Positions 28,846-43,660 of a stretch of 64,000 nucleotides of DNA are shown in pieces. This DNA is from Eledone cirrhosa (lineage: Eukaryota): assembly GCA_964016885.1 (NCBI GenBank), contig OZ024741.1:212660001-212724000 (forward strand). Direction: 5' to 3'. Under the pieces are notes generated by a model that searched no databases, was not told the origin of the DNA, and saw only the letters and a program-made list of their open reading frames with translations. The position numbers were made by a program, and so were the translations under genes. Every line of letters begins with the position of its first letter. The first letter of the stretch is position 1.

Positions 28846-31190
28846 CGATCATTATCTACATCACAAATACACAGACATCACCATCATTATCTACATCACA
28901 AATACACAGACATCACCATCATTATCTACATCACAAATACACAGACATCACCATCATTATCTACATCACAAATACACAGACATCACCATCATTATCTACA
29001 TCATAAATACACAGACATCACCATCATTATCTACATCACAAGTACACAGACATCACTATCATTATCTACATCACAAATACACAGACATCACCATCATTAT
29101 CTACATCATAAATACACAGACATCACCATCATTATCTACATCACGAATACACATACATCACCATCATTATCTACATCACGAATACACAGACATCACCATC
29201 ATTATCTACATCATAAATACACAGACATCACCATCATTATCTACATCACGAATACACATACATCACCATCATTATCTACATCATAAATATACAGACATCA
29301 CCATCATTATCTACATCATAAATACACATACATCACCATCATTATCTATATCACAAGTACACAGCCATCACCATCATTATCTACATCACAAATACACAGA
29401 CATCACCATCATTATCTACATCACAAATACACAGACATCACCATCATTATCTACATCACAAATATACAGACATCACCATCATTATCTACATCATAAATAC
29501 ACAGACATCACCATCATTATCTACATCACAAGTACACAGACATCACCATCATTATCTACATCACAAATACACAGCCATCACCATCATTATCTACATCACA
29601 AATATACAGACATCACCATCATTATCTACATCATAAATATACAGACATCACCATCATTATCTACATCACAAATACACACACATCACCATCATTATCTACA
29701 TCACAAATACACAGACATCGCCATCATTATCTACATCACAAATACACAGCCATCACCAAAATTATCTACATCACAAATACACAGACATCACCATCATTAT
29801 CTACATCACAAATACACAGACATCACCATCATTATCTACATCACAAATACACAGACATCACCATCATTATCTACATCACAAATACACAGACATCACCATC
29901 ATTATCTACATCACAAATACACAGACATCACCATCATTATCTACATCATAAATACACAGACATCACCATCATTATCTACATCACGAATACACAGACATCA
30001 CCATCATTATCTACATCACAAATACACAGACATCACCATCATTATATACATCACAAATACACAGACATCACCATCATTATCTACATCATAAATACACAGA
30101 CATCACCATCATTATATACATCACAAATACACAGACATCACCATCATTATATACATCACGAATACACAGACATCACCATCATTATATACATCACAAATAC
30201 ACAGACATCACCATCATTATATACATCACAAATACACAGACATCACCATCATTATATACATCACAAATACACAGACATCACCATCATTATATACATCACA
30301 AATACACAGACATCACCATCATTATATACATCACAAATACACAGACATCACCATCATTATATACATCACGAATACACAGACATCACCATCATTATCTACA
30401 TCATAAATGCACAGACATCACCATCATTATCTACATCACGAATACACATACATCACCATCATTATCTACATCACGAATACACAGACATCACCATCATTAT
30501 CTACATCACAAATACACAGACATCACCATCATTATCTACATCATAAATACACAGACATCACCATCATTATCTACATCACAAGTACACAGGGGTGGATTGG
30601 CAGTATCGGTAGAGGGTCGGACGCCATGCTTTCCAGCATAGTTACGTCCCTTTACGATCTGAGTTCAAATCCCGCCGAGGTTGACTTTGCCTTTCATCCT
30701 TACGGGGTCGATAAAATAAAGTACCAGTAATGAACTGGGTATATGCTGGCCTTGTGCCTAAAGTAGAAACAATTATCTACATCACAAATACACAGACATC
30801 ACCATCATTATCTACATCACAAATACACAGACATCACCATCATTATCTACATCATAAATACACAGACATCACCATCATTATCTACATCATAAATACACAG
30901 ACATCACCATCATTATCTACATCACAAGTACACAGCCATCACCATCATTATCTACATCATAAATACACAGACATCACCATCATTATCTACATCACAAATA
31001 CACAGACATCACCATCATTATCTACATTACAACTACACAGACATCACCATCATTATCTACATCACAAATACACAGACATCACCATCATTATCTACATCAC
31101 AAATACACAGACATCACCATCATTATCTACATCACAAATACACAGACATCACCATCATTATCTACATCACAAATACACAGCCATCACCAT
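28846..31190 (+). repeat. 35-bp minisatellite ATTATCTACATCACAAATACACAGACATCACCATC, about 60 units, interrupted by a SINE
   Basis: Period 35 (28861, 28896, 28931...); degenerate (CAT/CAC)-rich flanks. Confidence 0.95.
30590..30776 (+). mobile_element. SINE family 1 inserted in the minisatellite
   Basis: A box, B box (gagttcaaatccc) and core intact. Confidence 0.9.
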
Positions 31191-31745
31191 CATCACCACT
31201 ACCATCATTATCTCCATCACAAATACACAAACGTTATCAGCACCACCATCATACATTATCACCTTCATCATAACCATCACCTCCACTTCTACGATTGTCC
31301 TCCTATTCAATAAAAGTAAACAGACGACACTACAATCGCCATCATTACCAGCAATATCACGATCATTTCTACTTCCGCCCTATATCATTATAAACTAATC
31401 GTTGCCGGCAGTTACATTCCTAGTATCGGTTGTTTCTACATTTAGTTGATATTATGACGCTTATATGGTCGGGTCAGGCTTCTGCCTGCCACGGGTAACC
31501 CAAAGCAAACTCCTGCATGGGCGAATGGTCGGCAATTAAATAGACTCCACCACGAGACTCTGGACTTGTGACGCGGGTAAGTCGAACGCCAGCAGCACAA
31601 AAAACAAGGCCTATTTAAAAGGAGTCAACGGTCATTCACCCCATATATGTGTTAAATAGCCCCACCAATCCGCAATTGGCCATGCGTCGTGAGTACAGCT
31701 ACATCGCTCACATGACCAAAATCAAAGATAAAGCAGTGGAGTTAA

Positions 31746-32105
31746 CCCTTTAGCATTTAAACCGGCAATATCAAGCCAGAATTCTCTCATCTCTTTCTGT
31801 TCAAACTGGCTGTAACCGGCCACTCATACCAACGTTAAAGTATTGTGCTCAAAATAAATAACATCAAAATCTCGTAGATTTGATATTATGTGAGATATTA
31901 TGTAAGATAAAGGCTTTACCACAAAAATACAATATTATATAGAGAATAATGTAAATATTATGTGAGATATTATGTAAGATAAAGCTTTTACCACAAAATA
32001 CAATAGTATATATAGAGTAATGTAAATGTTATGTGAGATATTATGTAAGATAAAGCCTTTACCACAAAAATACAATAGTATATAGAGTAATGTAAATGCT
32101 AAGGG
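31746..32105. mobile_element. piggyBac-like MITE
   Basis: TTAA|ccctttagcattta ... taaatgctaaggg|TTAA; internal ~70-bp unit repeated 3 times. Confidence 0.8.
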
Positions 32106-32879
32106 TTAAACTAGGGAGTGATTTCCCCAACAGGAGTGAGAAGAGTCTGGTTTGAATTGAAATAGATGAGTCTTATAAGAGGCATGGATGGTCAGCCTTC
32201 AGATTACTAAGGGATAGGTGTTGGCATTTGTTACACTACAGTTTAAGAACTGGAGGGCACAGCTGGAGTATTTAAAGCCTGTCTCGAGACCTGGGCCTCA
32301 TCAGGCCGATGTTTATCTTGGTCTCTTTGACGTTGACCGACTGAGAGTACAAGACAACCCCTGGACATGACGCCAGTCCATTGTAGGTTTTCAGCTGAAG
32401 ATAGCTAGCATATTTGAAATAGGCGGGGATATATGTTGCACAATGGTCTATGGGGAGGAGCATGGCTGGAGAGTATAAGTGGAATATGTCTTGGTATATG
32501 TTGCAACGTGAAGGGCATGGCTGTATAGCCTGTTAGGGAATAGATATGTTGCTATGAGGTGGAGGGCATGACTCTGTGCGATTACTATTGTTATGTTTCG
32601 CTAGGAGGTAGAGGGCATGGCCGGAAAGTCTTAGGACGTAACAGTCCGTAGTTAAATGCCACGAATAATTTTGTCAGACGCTCTAATGATTTTGTGAAAC
32701 CATCACACTTTCTCTTCTTTTCTTCTGATGTAGTCGAAAGGGCGCCGTATTGACATATGGTGTTTCTTTGGCATTTTTACGCCAGACGAAGCCCATCCCT
32801 CTCCAGGCGTGGATACAGCTGATTTCATCCAGAGTAGCATAGAAAGGAAGTGAGAAAGCGATATAGAGGTAGAATCGAA

Positions 32880-33968
32880 CCAAGTACTAGACTGGTTCTA
32901 TTTCATCGACCTCGAAATGATGAGAGGCCACGTTGACCACGGCGGAATTTGAACTCAGGGAGCCGAGCGCCGGATCGAATAACATAAAGCAATTTATCCG
33001 ACATTCTAACGATACTGCCAATTGGCCATCGTTATCAATCACATTACGTGAGTTTACATAACTCTTTCTAATATAGGCAAAAGATCGATAAGTTTTGGAG
33101 CGGAAAAAATCTATTATATTGATGATTGAGCTATGATGTATCGAACCCGATATGATGAACGATAAAATTGATCTTGGTGGGAATTAAAATCACAACTTAA
33201 AGAAATGGAACAAATAGTGCTAAAACTATGCCCGATCCTCTAACGACTCTGCTAATCCACCACACTATGTGTGTTTAAATAGTGATTTCCAAGTTAGGCA
33301 CAAGGTCAGCATAATCTGGGGAAGCGCAAAGTGCATTAAATGATCCACAGGACTTGACTGGTACTTTATTTTATCGACCGCAGAAGGATAAACTCAAAAA
33401 TGACTTCTGTGAAATTTGAACTCAGAATATAAAGAGCCAGAAGAAATGCTACAATGCCATATCATCCGATGATTTTCCAGTTCTCCCAAACTAACACACA
33501 TAAAATATAAATAAATTTGTCGATCGACTTTCGTCAAATCGGATCGAGGGAACAATGTTTCCGTTGGTCTTTCCAATTGCTAGTACTATCTATCGGTCGC
33601 AATTCCAGGTAGAAGGAGCAACGTGAAATAAAGTGTCTTTCTCAAGGACGTAACGCATCGCCCGGTGCAGCAATCGAGCTGACAATCTCAAGATTGCGAA
33701 TCCAGTTATCTAACCAATCAGCCACACGCCTATCACACGTATGCACGGTTAAGTAATTGTTTATACTTTAGGCACAATGCTAGCAATTTTAAGGGGAGGG
33801 AAAGTCGATTAAATCGACCCCAGTCTATCACAGGTGCTTTATTTTATCGACTCCGTAAGGATGAAAGACAAAGCTAACCTCGGCGGGATTTGAACTCAGA
33901 ACGTAAAGGGCCCTAACTCTATGCCGTCAAGCACTTGTCCGACGCTCTCGCGATTTTTCTAATCCACC
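32880..33968 (-). mobile_element. Cluster of SINEs, all on the minus strand (family 1 x4, family 2 at ~33520-33730)
   Basis: Repeated ttgaactcag / tttatcgac / gccaatccacc-like motifs; the family 2 copy matches 59841-60060. Confidence 0.75.
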
Positions 33969-34259
33969 TATGTGCGTTTAAAATGCCACGCGGAAGGTGC
34001 ATTACAAAGAATTCTTCGACATAGGTTTTCAACTTATCGGCATTGGTCAAAAGTAAAGAATTTTGAATAGCAGACTGTGACATCTGTATCGAAGAAAATC
34101 AATACTGCGGCATTTCCAATTTCAATCTTAACCGGGAGTCAAAAGAAATTTATAATTTGTAGAGAGCTCGTTTCAATAGAATATTGGGTCACACACATAT
34201 TAGAGACATGGATACCCCTACTTAAAAACACTCATACATACATGCATGCATACATACAT

Positions 34260-34307
<48 letters not shown>

Positions 34308-34344
34308 CACACACACACACACATGTATATGTACATATATATAT

Positions 34345-34760
34345 ATATATATATGTTGTTATGTAATAAACAACATAAGATAATTAATTCATTTACCAGT
34401 GGTTTCTTGAAGGCAGATATTTATAGCTGTCTTCAGTCGTCAGAAAGTATAAAATGGAATGTTTATTAAATATGGATTTGAAAACAAAATTTAGGAAATA
34501 TGAAAGTGAGGCTGAAATCGAATAACGGGCAAAACATTGAGGGGAAACAATTTATAAATAAATATCCAGAACATAAACATACACACACTCAAATACGCGC
34601 TTATACATAATAGTACGTAAAAGTATACATTCTCACATAAGTGTATGTGCGTCTACATGGAAATACGAACACACACACATATAAACGTGTTATCTTTTGC
34701 TCACACATGCGCACACACAGGCGCACATTCATACATGTACTCAATAATAGCGTAAAATCT
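34345..34760. repeat. Dispersed repeat; inverted paralog at ~43010-43467
   Basis: taataaacaacataagataattaattcatttacc...gcgtaaaatct matches the reverse complement of 43010-43467. Confidence 0.8.
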
Positions 34761-34767
34761 CTCTCTC

Positions 34768-34844
<77 letters not shown>

Positions 34845-34845
<1 letters not shown>

Positions 34846-35055
34846 ATTTAGTATATCTACTAACATATGCGTACAGATGTACGCTAATGCTAGCAAATAC
34901 ACAGATTATGTCATAGTACCTAGGTGGTTCAATGCAGGAGGATGCAGAACAATAATATAAAAGACGTAAAATAAGAAAATTTAAAAAAATTAACTTACTA
35001 AAATTTTCACTCCAACTAATTAGTTTCTGCAATGGGATAAAGACAGTTACGTAAT
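34845..35055 (-). mobile_element. RzC partial copy
   Basis: Matches 48775-48995. Confidence 0.85.
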
Positions 35056-35060
35056 TTTGA

Positions 35061-35093
<33 letters not shown>

Positions 35094-35727
35094 CAAAAGT
35101 ATGTCCATAGAATCATTTTATAAAATATATACACCATTTCCTCTCCCAATTAGCATAATTAACCACATAAAAAATCAATTAGACCAGGCTATAAGAATAA
35201 AGGCTCATATGAAGAAATATTTGATAAATAAACGACAGCAGCCTCAAGATTTTAACAGCATGTAGACATCGACTAAATATACCGTCGACAATACACAATT
35301 AGGTATAAAATTAAAGTTAGAAGAGATGCGTACACTCTTATCACGATTATGTCCTGACCCTGGGGTTTTGTTCGCGTTTTGAGATCTCCTATTAGGGATA
35401 AAATCTCGAGTTTCGAACTCATCCGGAGTCAAACTCATAGGACAGGTAATTTTCCAAAGCGATCCCCGCCAGAAATAGATTCAAAAATGGCTAAGAATCG
35501 TGACGTGGCAGTGGTCAAGTTAGAAAGAATATGATTAGTTGGTTACGGCGAGTGGGCTGGTTGCTAGAAAGCGCAGCCCAATATTGCCCAAATTGCATCA
35601 CAACCTAATGGGAGATTATTAGATATAAAGATTTACATATATACAAACTAAACAAAGTCACAGATATATACGTGGCAACCATTCACGATGTGGCTCAATG
35701 AAGAATTAATAAATTAAATAATCAGAG

Positions 35728-35784
<57 letters not shown>

Positions 35785-35789
<5 letters not shown>

Positions 35790-36630
35790 TTAATGAAAAC
35801 TTGTTCACGTGACAGCCATAATTTCATTTATAACCAATCAAATTACGTTTATTAAAAAAAGGCCTTCGTGAGCCCCTTTATTTTAAGTAAAAAGAAATGC
35901 AAACACACAACACACACACAAGCACACATATAAACATACATATCTTTACTTTCTTTATTTCAATAGAAAATCTGAATTCTGACACCCCAGCGAACTAACC
36001 ATATTCACTGAACCAGAACAATTCTCCCATCCCATTTCTCTTGACCATTATCTTTTGCTTGTCTTAAAATTCTCTGAAAAGGCTACAGAATACATTTCCA
36101 AATAAGGGCGCGAAATTTAATGAAAACTTGTTCTCGTGACAGGCATAATTTTATTTACAACCAATCAAATTACATTTATTTTAAAAAAGCCTTCGTGAGC
36201 CCCTTTGTTTTAAGTAAAAAGAAATTCAAACACTCATATATGAAAAAAAAACAACCAGAGAACCCCCCCCCCCACACACACACACCTTGTTTGAAGAACT
36301 TTGTAACGCGAAGTGGCGCGAAATTTATTATAATTATTGACCAACCAATCAAATACTTCTCTAAAAACCTGGCTTTTCGAGCCTCTTTTTTCCATATAAA
36401 ACAAGTAACATTCAAAGACCAACCAGATGTGAAAAAAACCACAGACCCTCCATCTCAACTCTACTTTTGAAAAGCAGAAGAACTGCGAAACCGGTAAAGG
36501 AACCAAATAAATATATATATATTTTTAAAAATAAGACTCCAGTTGCATTTTCGATTTCATCTTTTTTTCTTTATACTTTCACTCGTGTAGGACACCTCGG
36601 TTATTTTTCATTCTGTAAAAAAAAAACCTC

Positions 36631-36640
<10 letters not shown>
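35785..36640 (+). mobile_element. Family RzE non-coding element with U3-A8 HHR; paralogs at 43775-44300 (minus) and 2765-2940
   Basis: Internal duplication 35785-35905 / 36113-36232; 3' end aataagactccagttgcattttcgatttcatc...tctaatatata shared with 2765-2940. Confidence 0.75.
36464..36499 (+). ncRNA. Type I HHR, U3-A8 variant (RzE)
   Basis: ctt TTGAAAA gcag aagaa ctgc GAAA ccgg TA aag. Confidence 0.75.
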
Positions 36641-36671
<31 letters not shown>

Positions 36672-36719
36672 AACACACACACGTATATAAATATGTATAC
36701 ACACACATATATACATACA

Positions 36720-38570
36720 AACATCTTTATGAAGTCAATAACAATTTGTATAACCAACTATAAAAAGATAGCATCACTGCTAAATACCAAAAAGCTCACA
36801 TTAATCTAAACTATAATATAGGAAGGTCTGCGGTACTACGTACGGTTTATAATTGTTTATCCCATTAGTAAAATAAGTTGGATTACTTTGAATAAATAAT
36901 GAATGAATATTACATAATTTACCATTACTAATGAAGCTAAATCACTAGCTAGTATTTTTTTTTAATTATTAACCGAATTGAAAGCCTAGCCAAACGCATA
37001 TATTACCCTTAAATACCATAAATTAGTATTTACTAATCGACCCCGTTGTAGACAAATGAACCCTGCTATATCAGAAATTGGTCTTGCGAGTAAAAAAATC
37101 CTAAGAAATATAATACTTCAAATAAGAACTAAGACTGACTTATCCCAATGGTTAAATACATCCTCTGTTATTTCTTGGTTTAATAATATACAAGGAAAAA
37201 ATAAATGTAGATTTACCCAATTTAATATTGTTGATTTTTACCCCTCCATTACAGAATCCTTATTAACTAAAGCCTGAGATTTTGCTAGACTTTTCATTAA
37301 TATTTCTGAATTAAAAGATGTTATCTTACATGCTAGGAAAACACTACTTTTTGCTAATGAAGGTACTTGGGTTAAAAAATCAAGCGATGGACTCATATGA
37401 TGGACTCGTATGATAGCGCCGATGTGTGCGAGTTAGTAGGATTATCCTCCTCGACACCCTCAAAGAGAAATTTTCTTGCCATAATATCGGCTTTATACCC
37501 AGACGGTGGTTTGGCAGTTTCTCATACCACCAACGTCCATAACCTTGAAACATTCCGTAAAGACATAATCAATACCTTTGCTAACTTAAACCTAAAAATT
37601 ACTATAGATACGAATCTTACTAATACCAATTTCCTTGATATCAATCTTGAACTATTTACTGCCTCTTTTAAACCCTATCATAAACCCAATGAAAATGTTA
37701 GATATATACATAGAGTCTTGCCATCCCCCTATAGTCTTTAAACATCTTTTTCCTAACATTAGTCGTAGGATCTCTACCTTATCTTCGTCTATAGAAATTT
37801 TTAACAAATATGCCCCTTATTATAATAACGCCTTCAATAACAGCGGCTTTACCGAACAAATTAAATATTTACCCACTCCTCTTTCTAACACTAAACACAA
37901 TAGCAGGAAAAGAAAAATTATTTGGTTTACACCTCTCTTCTCTCTAACTGTTAAAACTAACGTAGGAAGAAAATTCCTCGAACTTCTAGACCCCCCCCCC
38001 CAAAAAAAAAAATAATAATCATAGATATAATAAGATATTTAATAGAAATTTAGTTAAAATCAGCTACTCTTGCTGTCCATCAATGACACTAAAATTACCA
38101 ACTCAAATGGTACGAAAGGAAATCCAGGATGCAACTGCAGGAAACCGGAAGAATGTCCATTACAGGGGAAATGTAATACCAAATCCATTTTGTATGAGGC
38201 CAAGTTGACACCGATGATTAATAACCAGCTAGCCAGAAGTGAGCGATATGTTGGCATGACTCAGGACAGATTTAAAACCAGGTATTATGCACACGTCTCT
38301 TCTTTCAAACACCCTGAAAAAAGAACAGCAACGGCGCTGGCAAATAAAGTGAGGAAGTTTAAAGACAAAAAACATTCCATACTCTATTGATTGGTCTATT
38401 TTAGACCAATCAAGAAAATACTAAAGGGACACAAAGAAATGTTCTTTGTGTACTACGCAGAAATTTAGAATTTTTCAAAACCTGAAAATCCCTCCCACTT
38501 GCCTCAACTCTAAGACCGAGATCTTTAGATGTTGTCCGCACCTGAAATCGCATCTACTTTTTAGCTAGAT
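36720..38570 (+). pseudogene. Old Naiad-like PLE RT + GIY-YIG, many frameshifts
   Basis: NPAISEIG, FNIVDFYPSI, YDSADVCELVG, NFLDINLEL, IIWFTPLFS, CNCRKPEECPLQGKC, ILY...YVG, KTRYYAH. Confidence 0.9.
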
Positions 38571-39127
38571 TAACACACCAACGATTACTCAACCACCCTG
38601 AGCTTCCTCTTTACATATTACGACTTCCACTCACTACCAATATCACCACATTAGGAACACTACTTCTTACCCAGTTTTCATAGAAACACATACTTTCTAC
38701 CAATATATACATTTTTTCTCCCTCATGTTTATCTATTTTATTCATTTGATTTATACCCCCCCCCCTATTTTCTACCATACATTTAACACTTACACATCCA
38801 CCACATTGATTCTGTTCTCTACATTTACCCAGATCACTTTTCAACTATATACCCTTATCCAGATCTCTTCACAAACACTTACTTTCTACCACAATTTATA
38901 CACCCCTTTTCTCCCTTTTCTCCCTCACCTCTTCCTCTTAATTTATTATATTATTTGATTTCAGTTATATTCTCTCATGTCCTTACTTACCTACAATGTT
39001 TTTAAGTGTACTCACATATGGTTCTATGTGGCCGTATATGCTGGTAGGCCTATGTGAACATACACATATATGTGCATTTATACATATATACATGTATGTG
39101 TGTGTATGTGTGTATATGTGTGTATAT

Positions 39128-39192
<65 letters not shown>

Positions 39193-39220
39193 ATATATAT
39201 ATACATATATACATACATAT

Positions 39221-39364
<144 letters not shown>

Positions 39365-39399
39365 GTATGTGTATTTATATAATATTATAATATTATTTG

Positions 39400-39588
39400 G
39401 GGTGGTGAATTGGCAGTATCGGTAGCGGGCTGGACGCCACGTTTTCTAGCATAGTTACGTCCCTTTACAGTCTGAGTTCAAATCTCGCCGAGGTTAACTT
39501 TGCCATTCATCCTTACGGGGTCGATAAAATAAAGTACTAGTAATGTACTGGGTAATTGCTGGCCTTGTTCCTAAAGTCGAAACAATTA
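39400..39588 (+). mobile_element. SINE family 1
   Basis: Full copy flanked by direct repeat aattataatattatttg. Confidence 0.88.
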
Positions 39589-39964
39589 TAATATTATTTG
39601 TTAATCTATAAGTATAATTTTTTTGCGCGTGTATCTGTGAGTATATCTTTTCATTTTTTGGTACCCCCTTTTTATACACCTACCTGCGAGTGTGTGTGTG
39701 TATATATATAGTTTGTCTGCCTATATGTTTATACACACACACGTACGTGTATGTATGCATGCATGTGTTTGTGTGTGTATATATATGTATATATGTGTAT
39801 ATATATATATATATATGTAATATGTATGGATTTATGTATATATGTATATATGTATGCGTGTGTTGATTTACTATTGCGTGTGTATGTGTGCGCGCGCGTG
39901 TGTGCGCATGTACGTGTGTTATGTACTTATGTTTACGTGGGAACGCATTTATATATATATATAT

Positions 39965-40005
<41 letters not shown>

Positions 40006-40017
40006 CGTATATATGTG

Positions 40018-40065
<48 letters not shown>

Positions 40066-40221
40066 TGTATATATGTGTATATATGCGTGTAGGGGTTTAT
40101 AATTATAAGGTTTTCCTTTCTATTTGTGTACATATTGAATGTATACATATATTTTGTCTTTCACGCGTGTTTACTCGTGTATATATGTGTATGCCCCCCC
40201 CCCCCCCTCTCTCTCTCTCTA

Positions 40222-40262
<41 letters not shown>

Positions 40263-40274
40263 ATATATATATAT

Positions 40275-41152
40275 AAATATATATAAATGAAAGTTATAGA
40301 AAACATTGTAGCGAAAAGCCAACAGTATTCCATAATATATATAATTTACTATAGCCTCAAAATGGGAAAAATAGTTAACGTAAGATGTGGGAAATATAAT
40401 TCAAACTCATCTCAAAGAGAATCAGGATATAGATTCATCCACAGAATTTAGTGAAATCCAGGGAAAAATCAATAGAGCCCTAACTCATGATAAAATAAAG
40501 TTTAAAATACTCATCCTTCAATTTGGAAAAACTTCAAATGCTCTGTATAGTCTTAAAGTCTATTTCACGAAAACTTTCAGTGGAGATGGTCACGGTTGGA
40601 ATTCGATCCTCAGCAGAGCTCAACTCGATAACCAAGATTCTCACAGATTAATATGCCAAAAAGGGAATTTCAAACAGGCTAGTTCACCATCATGCGTGAT
40701 TATGAAAAATAAAACTCACATGAGGAAAGACAGGGCTGGTGACGTCAGAATGAGATGAATGTTTGTTTACAAGAAACAACAGTCAAAAAACATTCCGAAA
40801 AAAACTCTACAATAAGGAGTTCAGCAAAAAGCAATATTATCGCGGTTTTTTATAAAAAAAATACCGGGATTAGTCACAAATAATTTAAGCACTCTAGGAA
40901 AGAAATCCGAGTATAAATATATAAATGAAATGTATAGAAAACATTGTAGCGAAAAGCCAACAGTATTCCATAATATATAAGTGACTATAGCGTCAAAATG
41001 GGAAAAATAGTTAACGTAAGATGTGGGAAAAATAATTCAAACTCATCTCAAAGAGAATCAGGATATAGATTCATCCACAGAATTTAATGAAATCCAGGGA
41101 AAAATCAATAGAGCCTTAACTCATGATAAAATAAAGTTTAAAATACTCATCC

Positions 41153-41157
<5 letters not shown>
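40275..41157 (-). mobile_element. Family RzD (~636-bp HHR repeat), 1.4 tandem units
   Basis: Direct repeat with period 636-638; inverted partial copy at 42565-42825; diverged copy at 61515-62130. Confidence 0.85.
40540..40619 (-). ncRNA. Type I HHR with extended stem II (RzD)
   Basis: gctctg CTGAGGA t-cgaa...ttcg-t GAAA tagactttaagacta TA cagagc. Confidence 0.8.
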
Positions 41158-41193
<36 letters not shown>

Positions 41194-41258
41194 CGTAAAA
41201 CAAGAAAATTTTTTAAAAAAATTAAAAAAAAAAATTAACTTACTTACTTAAATTTTCA

Positions 41259-41338
41259 CTCCAACTAATTAGTTTCTGCAATGGGATAAAGACAGTTACG
41301 TAATGAACTGTTGAGAATTTCATTGCGTCATCAGGGAG
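41259..41338 (-). ncRNA. Type I HHR (RzC)
   Basis: ctcc CTGATGA c-gcaatg...cattgc-a GAAA ctaattag TT ggag. Confidence 0.78.
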
Positions 41339-41782
41339 GTCATTCATTAAACATTTTTCTAATTTTACGTCTTTTATATTATTGTTCTGCATTCTCCTGC
41401 ATTGAACACCCTAGGTACTATGACATAACCTGTGTATTTGCTGGCATTAGCGTACATCTGTGCGCTTATGTTAGTAGATATATTAAATTATCTATATTTA
41501 TCTCCAAATCACTGATTTGTCGAGCAAACCTGCCAAAACCACTTCTAAATATTTTTTTTGGTGGGTGTTAGTAGGCGTCTGTCATCTTACCATCCCATTC
41601 CTACTGACTAGCCTCTGTGTCACGTGATTGATTCTTTAGAATCGGCCATATGATCAGTGGCAGTGAGAATTTTCGGTAGCTGGAATCCAGTCCTCGATAG
41701 CTGTTCCATTTACCGAATTATTATTATTTTTATATGAGCCCCCAGTGTCAGCGCATTGCCTGGAGACTCGGCTGAGAATGAC

Positions 41783-41862
41783 CTCCCTGATGACGCAATG
41801 AAATTCTCAACAGTTCATTACGTAACTGTCTTTATGCCATTGCAGAAACTAATTAGTTGGAG
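41783..41862 (+). ncRNA. Type I HHR (RzC)
   Basis: ctcc CTGATGA c-gcaatg...cattgc-a GAAA ctaattag TT ggag. Confidence 0.78.
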
Positions 41863-42045
41863 TGAAAATTTAAGTAAGTTAATTTAAAAAAAAAAAATTT
41901 TTTTTTAAATTTTCTTATTTTACGTCTTTTATATTATTGTTCTGCATTCTCCTGCATTGAACCACCTAGGTACTATGACATAACCTGTGTATTTGCTGGC
42001 ATTAGCGTACATCTGTGCGCTTATGTTAGTAGATATATTAAATTA

Positions 42046-42105
<60 letters not shown>

Positions 42106-42442
42106 CATATACACATATATATATAAACGCACCCATATATATACACACAAACACACTCACATACATATACATACAGACACAAATGTTTCTATACATATAC
42201 GCAGGTATATATACACACACATATACATATACACATATATACACATACATATCCATATATATATATATATGCACATACATATATTGATATGTATATATAT
42301 ATACTCATATACAAATACACACATAAATATATATAAATCAATTCATACATATACATGCATATACATAGACACACACACCTATATATATATATATATACAC
42401 GCACACATACCCACACAATCCCATACATATATATATACATAA

Positions 42443-42474
<32 letters not shown>

Positions 42475-42475
42475 G

Positions 42476-42564
<89 letters not shown>

Positions 42565-42569
<5 letters not shown>

Positions 42570-42825
42570 ATGAGTATTTTAAACTTTATTTTATCATGAT
42601 TTTTCCCTGGATTCCACTAAATTCTGTGGATGAATCTATATCCTGATTCTCTTTGAGATGAGTTTGAATTATTTTTCCCACATCTTACGTTAACTATTTT
42701 TCCTATTTTGACGCTATAGTCACTTATATATTATGGAATACTGTTGGCTTTTCGCTACAATGTTTTCTATACATTTCATTTATATATTTATACTCGGATT
42801 TCTTTCCTAGAGTGCTTAAATTATA
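42565..42825 (+). mobile_element. RzD partial copy (opposite orientation to 40275-41157)
   Basis: Reverse complement of ~40880-41155. Confidence 0.85.
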
Positions 42826-42868
42826 TACACACCAACACACTCACATACATACATACACAAATGTTTCT

Positions 42869-42965
<97 letters not shown>

Positions 42966-43625
42966 TATAAGTTTGTGTATGAGTATGGAGAGATATGCAT
43001 GTGTGTATATACAGATTTTACGTTATTATTGAGTACATTTGTGAGTGTGCACCTGTGTGTGCGCATATGTGTGCACGCGTTTATATGTGTGTTTGTATTT
43101 CCATGTAGACGCACATACACTTATGTGAGAACGTATACGTTTACGTACTATTACATATAAGCGTGTGTTTGAGTGTGTGTATGTTTATGTTCTGGATATT
43201 TATTTATATATTTTCCCCCTCAATTTTTTGCCCGTTATTTGATGATGTCAGCCTCACTTTCATATTTCCTAAATTTTGTTTTCAAATCCATATTTATTAA
43301 ACATTCCATTTTATACATTTTATCCATTTTATATCCATTTTATATCCATTTTATATCTATTTTAATAAACATTCCATTTTATTCTGACGACTGAAGACAG
43401 CTATAAATACCTGCCTTCAAGAAACCATTGGTAAATGAATTAATTATCTTATGTTGTTTATTACAGAACACTCTCCTTTCCTTTACCCTTCCTACGGAAA
43501 TACTTCATATATATATATATTTATATATATATATACAAAAAGCAATGAGAAATAATAAAGCAAACGACACAGTACAACAATGAAATATATTATTAATTTT
43601 GCGTTTGCTGTAGTAGGGAAAACGT

Positions 43626-43660
43626 TTTAAGGTTTCGGAGGCTCATCCTTCATCAGAAGA
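43626..43660 (-). ncRNA. Minimal HHR motif, partly decayed
   Basis: tctt CTGATGA a-gga tgagcc tcc GAAA cc TT aaa. Confidence 0.6.

Larger units (their letters stand above)
41186..42046 (+). mobile_element. RzC: inverted partial copy (41186-41347) + 1.25 tandem units (period ~555)
   Basis: ttttacgtcttt at ~41363 and ~41918; (TA)n flanks. Confidence 0.85.

Noticed and set aside
28846-31190. CRISPR-like array (35-bp periodicity)
   Set aside because: Units are contiguous with no unique spacers, there are no cas genes, and the context is eukaryotic
43381-43410. HHR in the 34345/43010 repeat (CTGACGActgaagacagcta)
   Set aside because: No GAAA and no convincing stems in either copy
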